Positions 10,543 to 21,390 of a stretch of DNA of 64,000 nucleotides are shown here, piece by piece (positions within the stretch are counted from its first letter, which is position 1; every line of letters begins with the position of its first letter). The translations under genes were made by a program, and so were the position numbers. This stretch comes from Octopus sinensis (taxonomy: Eukaryota), in assembly GCF_006345805.1 (NCBI RefSeq), contig NC_043000.1, positions 151,528,001 to 151,592,000 of the forward strand. Direction: 5' to 3'. The notes beneath the pieces are model-generated. The model had not been told where the DNA came from, did not search any database, and saw nothing but the letters and a program-made list of their open reading frames with translations.

Positions 10543-11790
10543 TTAAACTTAAATGTTGAAGTGAATCGAACGGCTTTTGTGTGTTTCTTAAACGGCTTCT
10601 ACAAACACCTTCCACGCTGCAATTGTTTTCGTTCCAGCACACGATCTCAGATCAAATCACTTGCTATGCAAGTACATCTCTGTAACCAAAATAGTTGAAA
10701 ATGAGAAAAAAAAACCCATTTGTAGGGCCTGTCCCACAGTGTTTTTATTAAATCCAATATGAAAATGATAACTAGCCAGTGACGATGATAGTAATTAAAA
10801 TAATCACTACTAGTATCACTAGCTAATACAAGGTTCCTTAAATTTTTGATGTTGCCAAAATTAGTGATTTATTTTTCATCACTTCATTTAGCACAGAGTG
10901 CTAAGTTTCCATTGGTTGTACCACTCTTTATTACTGCTCTTCACTGTAAAACCTGCCTTACTCTCCCCCTAACTTTCAATCCTATCCTAACTTCAGATTC
11001 TCTCAAAAAATCAGCTTCACTGCAAACTCTTGTCCTTCCGTCATTGTTTACCTTTATTTATTTATTTATTTGTAGTATTCTTTTTTGTTTTCTTATTTCT
11101 CACGAACCCAATTCTTCCTATCATAATAACAACTTGTTCTCCCTAACATATTCTCCTTCCGTCATCCCTAAACTGCCCGAGGCTGCCCTTGATTGTGAGC
11201 TGCTAATCTGCCTGTATACGCCCATGTTGCCTAACCCCTTTCTTAAATCTGTTTTCCCTGGCACTCTTGCATGTAGAGACACCCTATCATTTAGCTACAA
11301 TATAGTTTATATCCTAACAAAAATACAATCAATGCTATGGATGTTGTGAATTTTGACATAAAAATTGTTTTTATTTTGTCCTTTTTTTTTTTTCCCCTTC
11401 TCAAAAACTTAAATCATGCTGTCATCAGTTTTATCTGTAGATAGTTCAGTATAGGGGAGATGTTTGGAAAAAGTTTGCAATTATTTATTTCGAAGAAAAT
11501 AAAGAGTAACTGAAATAGGATTAAATTGGTAATATGAATGAATTGCTAACAAAAGGTATAGTGAGGTTGTACAAACACAAAGGGTGTGACATTGGATGAA
11601 ATGCTGGGGGGGGGGGAGAAATATGAATGAGTTATATAAATACTTGGAAGAAGATGGTTACCAAATTAAAATTGATAAAAATGGAAGAGTTCTTGGATTA
11701 TTTTTTGCTAATAATTATTTCTTATTGGTTTTTAAGACTTGGTTCATAAAATTATCTGAAAAATAACTTTTATTAAAGACTTATTTTCCT

Positions 11791-11920
11791 AGGAGTGGCT
11801 GTGTGGTAAGTAGCTTGCGTGGCATCTTGGGCAAGTGTCTTCTGCTATAGCCTCGGGCCGACCAATGCCTTGTGAGTGGATTTGGTAGACGGAAACTGAA
11901 AGAAGCCTGTCGTATATATG

Positions 11921-11951
<31 letters not shown>

Positions 11952-12139
11952 TTGTCCCCCTAGCATTGCTTGACAACCGATGCCGGTGTGTTTACATCCC
12001 CGTCACCTAGCGGTTCGGCAAAAGAGACCGATAGAATAAGTACTGGGCTTACAAAGAATAAGTCCCGGGATCGACTGGCTCGACTAAAGGCGGTGCTCCA
12101 GCATGGCCGCAGTCAAATGACTGAAACGAGTAAATGAGT
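11791..12139 (+). mobile_element. SINE family A with 36-bp head deletion
   Basis: TAGCTTGC joined directly to GTGGCATC. Confidence 0.9.
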
Positions 12140-12238
12140 ATATAATTAGAAAATTTGCGGGAAAAAGTGAAATTTAGGATTGGTAGTGAGTATTGAGGTG
12201 ATAGAAAAGATAGTGTAATCTGTAGCAAACACAGCTAA

Positions 12239-12276
12239 CTCCAGACCTGTTTCTGTCTTGGGCCTCTTCAGTGATG
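12239..12276 (-). ncRNA. Degenerate hammerhead-like motif
   Basis: catca-CTGAAGA-G...GAAAC-AG-GTC-tggag; canonical core, broken stem II. Confidence 0.35.
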
Positions 12277-12550
12277 CATAATCATTCACAATTAATAAAG
12301 ATAGTTGTTATTGTTGATGCCAATATCACCATTATAGTTTGCAATATTTTGTATTTATTGATCAGTAATTAGTGATGAGTATCTCCAATATGTTTTTCTG
12401 TATCATAACCATAATATAGGAATAAAGAATGAAATGTTTATGGAAATTGAAGCTGATCACATTGATATGGTGCCAACTGAAAGGTCTTCAGTTCATATAG
12501 TGTATCTCTGGTAGATTACCATGTCTCTAAGATATTTAATTCTTGATTAT

Positions 12551-12778
12551 TTAACCCTTTAGTGTTTAAACCAGCTCTATCTGGCCCGAATATTCTACTC
12601 ATATTATGCTCAAACTGGCCAGAAACCGTATCTCACACCTACCCTGCAATGTAATTCTAAGAATAAACAATTACATCTTTCAAATCTTGAAGCTACAAGA
12701 TAATACCAGATTAATTTTTTAAAATGTAAATGAATAAGGATTACTTCTGACATATTAATTTGAATGCTAAAGGGTTAA
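12551..12778. mobile_element. TTAA/piggyBac-like MITE (family G)
   Basis: TTAA|CCCTTTAG ... CTAAAGGG|TTAA. Confidence 0.85.
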
Positions 12779-12923
12779 GCTCATTAAACATAACGATTTT
12801 GTAGAGATACAGTTTGCTACTGTATAATTTACTTGTACTTCACCAAGTACTAAGAGTACAGAGTTGAAAATCCTTCAAAGAGTAAATGGAAACCATGCCA
12901 TTGTATCCTCTCTTGAATCACTT

Positions 12924-13312
12924 ACTATATATATAAAGCTGAAGTTGTCTGTGTGTGGCAGGTTTGGTAGCCTTCAACTAACACTATCTCCTCCGAGACC
13001 CTGCGGCGTAAGTTGACCAAAATTGAGAGTATGATAGAAGAAGGCTTGCTCTTCATTCCGTAGAAGAAAAAGTTCAAATCGGACCATGTTAACACCAAAA
13101 ATTATTTACATCAAAAAGGTGCTTTTTTTTCTATGAAAATCCCTATTTTTTACGATTTTTTTACTGCCGTGTTGCTATTTTTCGGTGTATTTCAACCAGA
13201 AAAATGTTCACTTAAAGAGAATAACAAGCTACTTAATGCAAAATTTTTACTTTTCAAAAATTCCAATTCTAAAGGGTCGAAACAAACTCGAGCAATGCCG
13301 GGCGATACTGCT
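12924..13312 (+). mobile_element. Non-autonomous Helitron (family I)
   Basis: Highly similar to 9562-9952; terminal AG missing. Confidence 0.8.
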
Positions 13313-13643
13313 CCACAATTCAACAAGTTAAAGGAACATTTCTACAGCATAGTATGAGATCCACTAAATTTCTTTTCTAGTTCCAGGTCCTATTCATTTC
13401 TATACATTGTGTTAATTTCAATGTTGTGCAGTATTACAGCTGTAGATCTGCAGTGCCAATCTTTTGGTTTTGTTTTCTCCTTTGTGTGCGAGTGGACAAA
13501 CAAAAGGAGTAGATTTGGTCAGTACCAATTACTCCACTGGTAATTGTTTAAGCAATTGTCAATTCAAGAAATTTATTAAGCAAAGTCATTACCAGTAAAA
13601 ATGTTTATATGACAATGTGGAAGGAATAAAACTAAATACTGTT

Positions 13644-14024
13644 ATTCTTTTACTCGTTTCAGTCATCTGACTGTGGCCATGCTGGAGCACTGTCTTTAGT
13701 TGAGCAAATCGACCCTAGGACTTATTCTTTGTAAGCTTAGTACTTATTCTATCGGTCCCTTTTGCCAAACCGCTAAGTTACAGGGGACGTAAACACACCA
13801 GCATTGGGTATCAAGCGATAGTGGGAAGACAAACACAAATACACACACACACATATACATACAGCGGGCTTCTTTCAGTTTCCATCTACCAAATCCACTC
13901 ACAAGACTTTGGTCAGCCCGAGATTATAGTAGAAGACACTTGTCCAAGGTGCCACGTAGTGGGACTGAACCCGGAACCATGTGGTTGGTAAGCAAGCTAC
14001 TTACGACACAGCCACTCCTGCGCC
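13644..14024 (-). mobile_element. SINE family A
   Basis: Full-length reverse complement, moderately diverged. Confidence 0.88.
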
Positions 14025-14172
14025 TCTTATGCATTATTTTTATTTTTTTGTCATAGTGATATTGTGATGCTCATGTTTTAACCAAGGTCATTATCCCTAG
14101 AAATAAAGTATAAAATGGTAGCAGTTTGTTTCCAAAAGTTGTTGATCAACTTTGTTTTAAATCACATTGCCA

Positions 14173-14678
14173 TGGGCATAGTTGTGTGGTTAAGGACCTC
14201 ACTTTGCAAACATGCTCAGTACCTTGGGTAAGTGTCTTCTACTTCTAGGGTCAACAATACTGTGTGTGTGTGTGTTGGTTTGTTTACTCCCCCCCAAAAC
14301 ATAGCAGTTCAATTAAGGAAACATGAATAGGTACTAGAAACCTAAAGAAAAGGTATTAGTACTTATTTCTTTACTACCCACAAGGGGCTAAACATAGAAA
14401 GGATAGACAAGCGGATTAAGTCGATTATATCGACTCCAGTGCGTAACTGGTACTTAATTTATCGACCCCGAAAGGATGAAAGGCAAAGTCGACCTCGGTG
14501 GAATTTGAACTCAGAACGTAGCGGCAGACAAAATACTGCTAAGCATTTTGCCCAGTGTGCTAACACTTCTGCCAACTTGCCGCCTTTAGTACTGGAGTTG
14601 ATTTGTTCACCTAAAACCCTTTAAGGCAGTACCCTAGTATGGTCACCATTCAATGACTGAAACAAGTAAAAGATCAAA
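14173..14678 (+). mobile_element. Old family A copy interrupted by antisense SINE B1
   Basis: Head at 14173, tail AATGACTGAAACAAGTAAAAG at about 14655-14675. Confidence 0.65.
14364..14585 (-). mobile_element. SINE family B1
   Basis: 8-bp TSD TTAGTACT (14356-14363 / 14586-14593). Confidence 0.88.
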
Positions 14679-14873
14679 GATTACTTTTTGGTGCCATCAT
14701 GTTGAGTGAATTTTTTTTTTTTCCTTAACTTTACTATACAGTAAAATTAACAGTACACAAAGCATTTTAACTGGTATACTGCAGGTATATTTGGGTATAT
14801 ACATTGTTATTATATTTCTGACCTTCTTGTATTCATTGTACTAAGTGTATCAATGAAATTATTCCAGGTTTAC

Positions 14874-15030
14874 TTAATTAATAGAATGTTGTTAAACTTC
14901 TTATTTGTTTGAGCAAGCCTTGTTATTACAGCATCAATAGTGAGATTAGTTGGGTTCATAAGTTTTCTCAAAACTTCTATTTTCATAATTATATTCAAGT
15001 GTAAGAAACTTGTCCAAAGTGACTGAACTA
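14874..15030 (-). CDS. Exon a of unidentified minus-strand gene (VQSLWTSFLHLNIIMKIEVLRKLMNPTNL...NNILLI)
   Basis: cttacttcacag acceptor, AA|gtaaac donor, 157 nt, phase 1-2, joins exon b in frame (AA|C = Asn). Confidence 0.68.
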
Positions 15031-15793
15031 CTGTGAAGTAAGTATTGCTGAAACTAGATTGCAATAACTGTTCGTTAAATGTTTACTTCACAACTTTTAC
15101 AAGCTAAACCGTTTCCTGTATCCTTTAGTATATAGTTCCTGTTCTGTTTTTCTAACATCTATTGCTGGAGATTTTCTTACATAGTTGTAAACTGTACAAT
15201 AACCAATGGCTGGTTGAAGAACTTGATCTCTCTCTCTCTTTCTATATATATATAAAGAAAAAAAATTGATTTTTTTCTAGAAATTCTATGACACTTAACT
15301 TCAGGGAAAGCCTTATAGGAAATTACTAGATGATATTGCCATGAATATGTCACATTTAGATCTAAACATCCTATCTTCAGCAGTGTGGCACTGCTAATAA
15401 CTAATAATTTCTCACATTGACATAAAATAGTATGAAAAAAAAGGGAAAGTATAAACTATTAATATCACTCCCAGTACCTCAGTGTTACTTCTTGTAACCC
15501 CACATCCTTTCATATGCGGATGAAAAGCAAAGACTTCTCTGGCAAAAGTTGAGATAAAATAGTGAGAGGATTGAGACTGAATGTTGTCAGTACTTTAGTC
15601 TACTATTCTGTCATTTCTGCTACTTCACCAATAATGTTTAATGGCTGTAGTGCCGTGCTTGCCTCTCAATTTTCCAAATTAAAATGGTACCTGGTGTTTT
15701 CATCTTTTGATTTCTTTTCTTTTTCATAAAGGTTACTGATAAAATAATTACCAAGTTGGTTTCAATAGTTATTAGCTCCTGTATAATACTGAC

Positions 15794-16190
15794 GTGGAGG
15801 TGCAATGGCCCAGTGGTTAGAGCAGCGGACTTACGGTCATAGGATCGCGGTTTCGATTCCCATACCGGGCGTTGTGAGTGTTTATTGAGCGAAAACACCT
15901 AAAAACTCCACGAGGCTCCTGCAGGGGGTGGTAGTGAACCCTGCTGTACTCTTTCACCACAACTTTCTCTCACTCTTACTTCCTGTTTCTGTTGTACCTG
16001 TATTTCAAGGGGCCAGCCTTGTCACTCTCTGTGTCACGCTGAATATCCCCGAGAACTACGTTAAGGGTGCACGTGTCTGTGGAGTTCTCAGCCACTTACA
16101 CGTTAATTTCACGAGCAGGCTGTTCCGTTGATTCGGATCAACCGGAACCCTCATCGTCGTAACCGACGGAGTGCTTCCATCTATCCATCC
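15794..16190 (+). mobile_element. SINE family D
   Basis: A-box GGCCCAGTGGTTAG, B-box GGTTTCGATTCCC; 11-bp TSD ATAATACTGAC. Confidence 0.92.
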
Positions 16191-17819
16191 ATAATACTGA
16201 CATCACACCAAGTTAATAAAGACCTTATTGGTTTGCAATGATCCCTTTCGTTTTGCTTTTGTTCTTGTCATGACAGAACGTCTCACTTCATTTGTTTCTG
16301 TTCTCTAATCATTACTTCTAAGAATCAATATTTATGAACAGGAACAATATATCTGAATTCCTTATATGAAATGCAATGTTGTTGACTGAGTCAGTAGTGC
16401 TAGTATTATCGATAATACGTCTCTAATACACCAACCAGGAAGAAATCAGTCTTTTATTTACTGAAGGCTTTAGAAACTGAAGATAATCACTGATCCATGA
16501 CCCATAGAGACGTATGAAAAGACAGATAGATACATTGACAGACAGAGGGTTTGATACAATGTTATGGTCGTTCCTCTATAGAAAATGCTATTTTCTTTAG
16601 CACTGTACAATATGCATTGTACTGTATAATATGCATGTAGAAAGGTAATAGTTTCTTTTGTTACGTTAATGATAACGATAATGAAGATCGATATTTATTG
16701 ATACACAATTTCAAAGGCACCAACAGTTTCCATTGAATTACAAATATCTCTGTATATTAGTTTTTTCCTTCATTTCTCTTTTCATATCTATGAAGAGATA
16801 AAATGATGCAATTAAAGCTATTGATTATTTTGTTAGTTAATGAGGTAACTCTAACCTGGGACTTGACTTCCATACCTATCTTGTTTGTTTTTCTACATTT
16901 TATCTTTGATGGTTAATTTTTTAATTTAATTTTTTTATTTAACGAATTTATTTCATCTCTCATCCATCTTTATTACTTCAACATTATGTTTCTCCTTCTT
17001 TTGGCGTAAACATCTCTGAACGTTAAGAATCTTTACATCTTACATGCCTTTCATAAGAATCTGGTCATGCTACCTTATTATGTGTCCTTCATCTATGAAT
17101 ATTAATACAAACAAATACATAAAAATATCTATTTTTTTGCCCCTCCTCTTTTTTTTCTCTTTTTTTGTATAGCACTCTGATTTTTCTATGGATTACTTGT
17201 AAACTGACATTATATGCTTTTTCATGTGATATCTACAAAAAAATATCTTGTGGAAATTGTTTTTGCTCTGAAGATCATAACCTGACAGTACCCATTCATT
17301 TAGAACAATTCTGCCCACTTTCTACTATTGATTATTGCATATATTATTGATTTGTGTGTGTGCATTACTCTAATTATAAGGGAAATATCATTGTTAACAG
17401 AAAATCGTCATAGTTATTGGAAGTTAATACTATTGAGATTAAAATATGGTTTCATAGTGCTGTAAGAATTGTCTTCAGAATGTATATTGATTTTTTTTTT
17501 TATGAATGGTTATAGGGTTAGTTGTTGCTATGGAGAGGGAGTTGTTAATTGAATAAACCCTAATATAACACTGGTACTTATCGAACCAACAAGACAGTTT
17601 CTATGAGATCACCAGCATACTTGAAGTAGCAGATAAATCTCTTTCAAATTACACCTTGCCATCTTCAGAATTGCTCTTGTTAAGATGGCACCTAGGATGA
17701 TGTAATCTTAGATATATTAAGTTCGATTAGAAGACAGTATGATCATGGCTTTGGTCATAGATTTGCTTAATGAGTGCTGACTAGCGCTAAACTACAGCTG
17801 GTACTTAATGATTCTAGGG

Positions 17820-18400
17820 CAGTGCTCTGCAACCTTTTTTTCACTTGCGGTACACATATATTCTTTTCAAAATTTGGTGGCACACCTGAATTAAAAACAT
17901 AGGCGCAGGAGTGGCTGTGTGGTAAGTAGCTTGCTAACCAACCACATGGTTCCGGGTTCAGTCCCACTGCGTGGCATCTTGGGCAAGTGTCTTCTGCTAT
18001 AGCCCCTGGCCGACCAATGCCTTGTGAGTGAATTTGGTAGACAGAAACTGAAAGAAGCCTGTTGTATATATGTATATATATATATATGTGTGTGTGTGTA
18101 CATGTATGTTTGTGTGTCTGTGTTTGTCCCCCTAGCATTGCTTGACAACCGATGCTGGTGTGTTTACGTCCCCGTCACTTAGCGGTTCGGCAAAAGAGAC
18201 CAATAGAATAAGTACTGGGCTTACAAAGAATAAGTCCCGGGGTCGATTTGCTTGACTAAAGGTGGTGCTCCAGCATGGCTGCAGTCAAAATGACTGAAAC
18301 AATAAAAGAGTAAAAGAGTAAAGAGTATAGAGAAAAGGATTATATTCAGGTTACACTGCTGCACACCAGTTTGCTGTGGATTACCAATTGTGGAGCACTG
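17820..18400. mobile_element. hAT-type MITE interrupted by SINE A
   Basis: TIR CAGTGCTCTGCAA / TTGTGGAGCACTG (11/13); TSD not recognisable. Confidence 0.5.
17902..18326 (+). mobile_element. SINE family A, full length
   Basis: As 1004-1413. Confidence 0.92.
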
Positions 18401-18719
18401 CTCGCAAGTCAGTGAGGTTTAAACTCAAGATACAGAAGGGCAAGAACTAAACATTGATAGGTAGTTACTCCAAGCCCCTACCATTCTTACAATTCACCTT
18501 TTAAAATAGAAAAATTAGAAATAGGAATTTCTAACATATTTCTTCAAGTCAATCCTGTTACTTAAATTGTCATTGTGTTTTATCAACTCCAGAAGCATAA
18601 AACAAACAGTCACCTTCAATGGGTTTTGAACTTTGAAACTAAAGGGACATATCTAAATATTGTAAGGTTTTTTTTTTCCCCACAACTGTTTCCATTTTGC
18701 CAATCCACTACCCCTTAGT

Positions 18720-18965
18720 CTAATAATGTACATTTCAACCATCTTTTAAGATGTAACCTCGTGTGTACCGTTGGCGATTTTTTTTTCCTCTGTCTACCCT
18801 TCTCTGGATCTTTCCTTCTCCTATGTTTCCGACGAAGAGCTCCGCTCGAAACGTTAAACCCACCTTCTTTCCTTCTTTCCTGAGTGTCCAATAATACTAT
18901 ATTTGTTCCACGTCCTCGCTTTGTTATGTTTTTTTGTGTTTTCTTGTTCGGATTAACTTTATATA
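18720..18965 (+). mobile_element. Probable Penelope-like pLTR fragment
   Basis: Pyrimidine-rich single-copy segment surrounding a hammerhead-like core; boundaries approximate. Confidence 0.45.
18825..18859 (+). ncRNA. Minimal type I hammerhead-like motif (U4C variant)
   Basis: GTTT-CCGACGA-A-GAGC-TCC-GCTC-GAAAC-GT-T-AAAC: 4-bp stem I, 4-bp stem II, palindromic AACGTT stem III. Confidence 0.55.
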
Positions 18966-19373
18966 TACATACACACACACAGAAACCTGAGTTTATTTTA
19001 TTATTAAACAAAACCTATTTACTTGTAGTTCCTAAATATACTCACTATTGCCTACACAATGTCATAGATATGTATATCGTTATATATAATTATTCATAAT
19101 TATATAATTAGTAGGCCACTACGGCTGAAACAAATTTTAAATGAATTTAGAGCATTTAGTTATTTTTTCTTTTATTCAAAACAATAGTATTTTCTTTTTC
19201 TTTTGTTTGTCTCTTTTATGTAAGAAAATTTTTTTTTTTTTTTTTTTTATGCATGACTCAGAAATGTTCCATAAAATCAAAATGTGTGAAAATTTCTGAA
19301 ACTTTTTAGTATGTAAGCTGTCTGGTTCATAAATTTTTTTCCTTAGTAAAGCGCATTATGTCACTTTCTCAGC

Positions 19374-19585
19374 TCTCTTTACTCTTTACTCTTTTACTTG
19401 TTTCAGTCATTTGACTGCGGCCATGCTGGAGCACCGCCTTCAGTCGAGCAAATCGACCCCATGACTTATTCTTTGTAAGCCCAGTACTTATTCTATCGGT
19501 CTCTTTTGCCGAACTGCTAAGTCACGGGGACGTAAACACACCAGCGTCGGTTGTCAAGCAATGCTAGGGGGACAAACACAGACAT

Positions 19586-19620
<35 letters not shown>

Positions 19621-19791
19621 CATATATACAACAGGCTTCTTTCAGTTTCCGTCTACCAAATCCACTCACAAGGCTTTGGTCGGCCCAGGGCTATAGCAGA
19701 AGACACTTGCCCAAGATGCCACGCAGTGGGACTGAACCCGGAACCATGTGGTTGGTAAGCAAGCTACTTACCACACAGCCACTCCTGCGCC
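19374..19791 (-). mobile_element. SINE family A, full length
   Basis: Reverse complement of the family pattern. Confidence 0.92.
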
Positions 19792-20317
19792 TGTGTGCAT
19801 TTCATACGAAATATTTATAAATTTACTTCTCTTTCTCTCCCAATGAAAAAAATTAAATCTATATTGTTATCTAAAATATAACATTCTTCAAGCAAGTTTT
19901 TATTTGCTATTCAGGGCTCATTTGGAAGCATCACCCCACTTTATCTTAAGGACTTTAGTTCAATTTTCTATTGAAAATTTCCTTTTAACCTATATTTGTT
20001 TTTTAGAAAAATACTTTATCAAATATTTTAGGGGTTCGTTTAGAATCTTATTCTAAGAACAGATAACTTCTGACCAAATGTAAAGTTTAGTTGTATTACA
20101 GAATATTCATAGATGAAGTTTTTACCTCATCATTTTTGTATAGACAAATGAAATTTTGTGTTTACTTATGTAAGATCACAATAGTTTCTAAAGAAAATAA
20201 AAGTGGTTTTTTTTTGCTTTTTTTTGCAGTGAAAAATTTTATTTATGTGAAAATAATGACCTTTGTTTTCTCTTTGCTATTTAAAAATCCTGTTGCAGGA
20301 AAATCTGCACATATATT

Positions 20318-20733
20318 CGCAGGAGTGGCTGTGTGGTAAGTAGCTTGCTAACCAACCACATGGTTCCGGGTTCAGTCCCACTGCGTGGCATCTTGGGCAA
20401 GTGTCTTCTGCTATAGCCCCGGGCCGACCAATGCCTTGTGAGTGGATTTGGTAGACGGAAACTGAAAGAAGCCTGTCGTATATATGTATATATATATATA
20501 TGTGTGTGTGTGTATATGTTTGTGTGTCTGTGTTTGTCCCCCTAGCATTGCTTGACAACTGATGTTAGTGTGTTTACGTCCCCGTCACTTAGTGGTTCGG
20601 CAAAAGAGACCGATAGAATAAGTACTGGGCTTAAAAAGAATAAGTCCCGGGGTCGATTTGCTCGACTAAAGGCGGTGCTCCAGCATGGCCGCAGTCAAAT
20701 GACTGAAACAAGTAAAAGAAAAGAAAGAAAAGA
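20318..20733 (+). mobile_element. SINE family A
   Basis: As above. Confidence 0.92.
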
Positions 20734-20797
20734 ATACATTTTGAAAAAAGCTTTGAGTTTCTCAAGACCCTTACAAAATGCATAAATTTTCAGATAC

Positions 20798-20980
20798 CGA
20801 TTCGTTGTCTCTAATACAACTGCTCTTCAAATATATAATATCCCCTGCATAGGTTGTTTTAATAATGCTAGGATAGACTTCTAAATGGATAGCAACCTTG
20901 CAGGTTGCAGGTTGAGGTATGAATTCAGCAGCATAAATGTACTTGGGTTGTATCTTTACTGTTTGTAATCTTTGTTGCAT
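20798..20980 (-). CDS. Possible upstream exon of the minus-strand gene (…KIQPKYIYAAEFIPQPATCKVAIHLEVYPSIIKTTYAGDIIYLKSSCIRDNES)
   Basis: About 60-70 open codons of non-repetitive sequence; weak donor TCG|gtatct; acceptor and boundaries uncertain. Confidence 0.35.
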
Positions 20981-21390
20981 GGAGTTATAAACTCAAAAGG
21001 AATCTAGTATTCAAAGCCACCAAACCTAATATCCTGTTTCTGCTCTGTTATTATGAACATTATCTAAAGAATTATTTAGTTCATGGACATAAGAACAGTA
21101 ATCTTATGGCCATATTGGCACTGTTACAGAAAACTGATTAAAAATAGTCGTTTCTCCATATTATGAATATTGTTTCTGTTTCAACATTTTCGTCAATGTG
21201 AACAAAATGTAAAAGGAATTTCTGCTATGGAAAATAGAAATATTCTTTAAATTGCTATGATTAAAGAAATGGAAATCACTAGTATACCGATATAGGTAGT
21301 GTTTTTGGTTTTGGATAATCAATAAAAGATCAAGATGATCAATAAAAGATCATGCAGGCATTATTATTATTTTTTTTTTTTTTTCTTAGA

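Larger units (their letters stand above)
10338..10627. mobile_element. 290-bp near-perfect palindrome; inverted pair of Penelope-like pLTR fragments
   Basis: Arms of about 142 bp differ by about 4 substitutions and one 2-bp indel; 6-nt centre; each arm contains a hammerhead-like motif. Confidence 0.75.

Noticed and set aside
10846-11349. 167-aa ORF
   Set aside because: Leu/Phe/Ser-rich translation of pyrimidine-rich DNA with a non-ATG start; only a faint GVRQ-like RT remnant on the opposite strand
11626-11735. Possible Mutator-like transposase fragment (YQIKIDKNGRVLGLFFA)
   Set aside because: Under 40 codons, no TIRs or further motifs
14874-14990. Resemblance of IEVLRKLMNP...TRLAQT to the C-terminus of bacterial Rho
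   Set aside because: Short low-information helical match; the segment is a spliced exon in eukaryotic context
15794-15870. tRNA gene-like sequence (also 41080-41154, 60696-60770, and the heads of families A, B and E)
   Set aside because: A/B boxes present but no closing acceptor stem; continues into a shared SINE body flanked by TSDs
19046-19124. Minus-strand exon-like segment with strong splice sites (tttgtttcag / gtgagt)
   Set aside because: Stops in all three frames; cannot be supported as coding (a poison or UTR exon is not excluded)
20794-20916. Plus-strand exon candidate (ttttcag / GAG|gtatga)
   Set aside because: All three frames hit stops before the donor
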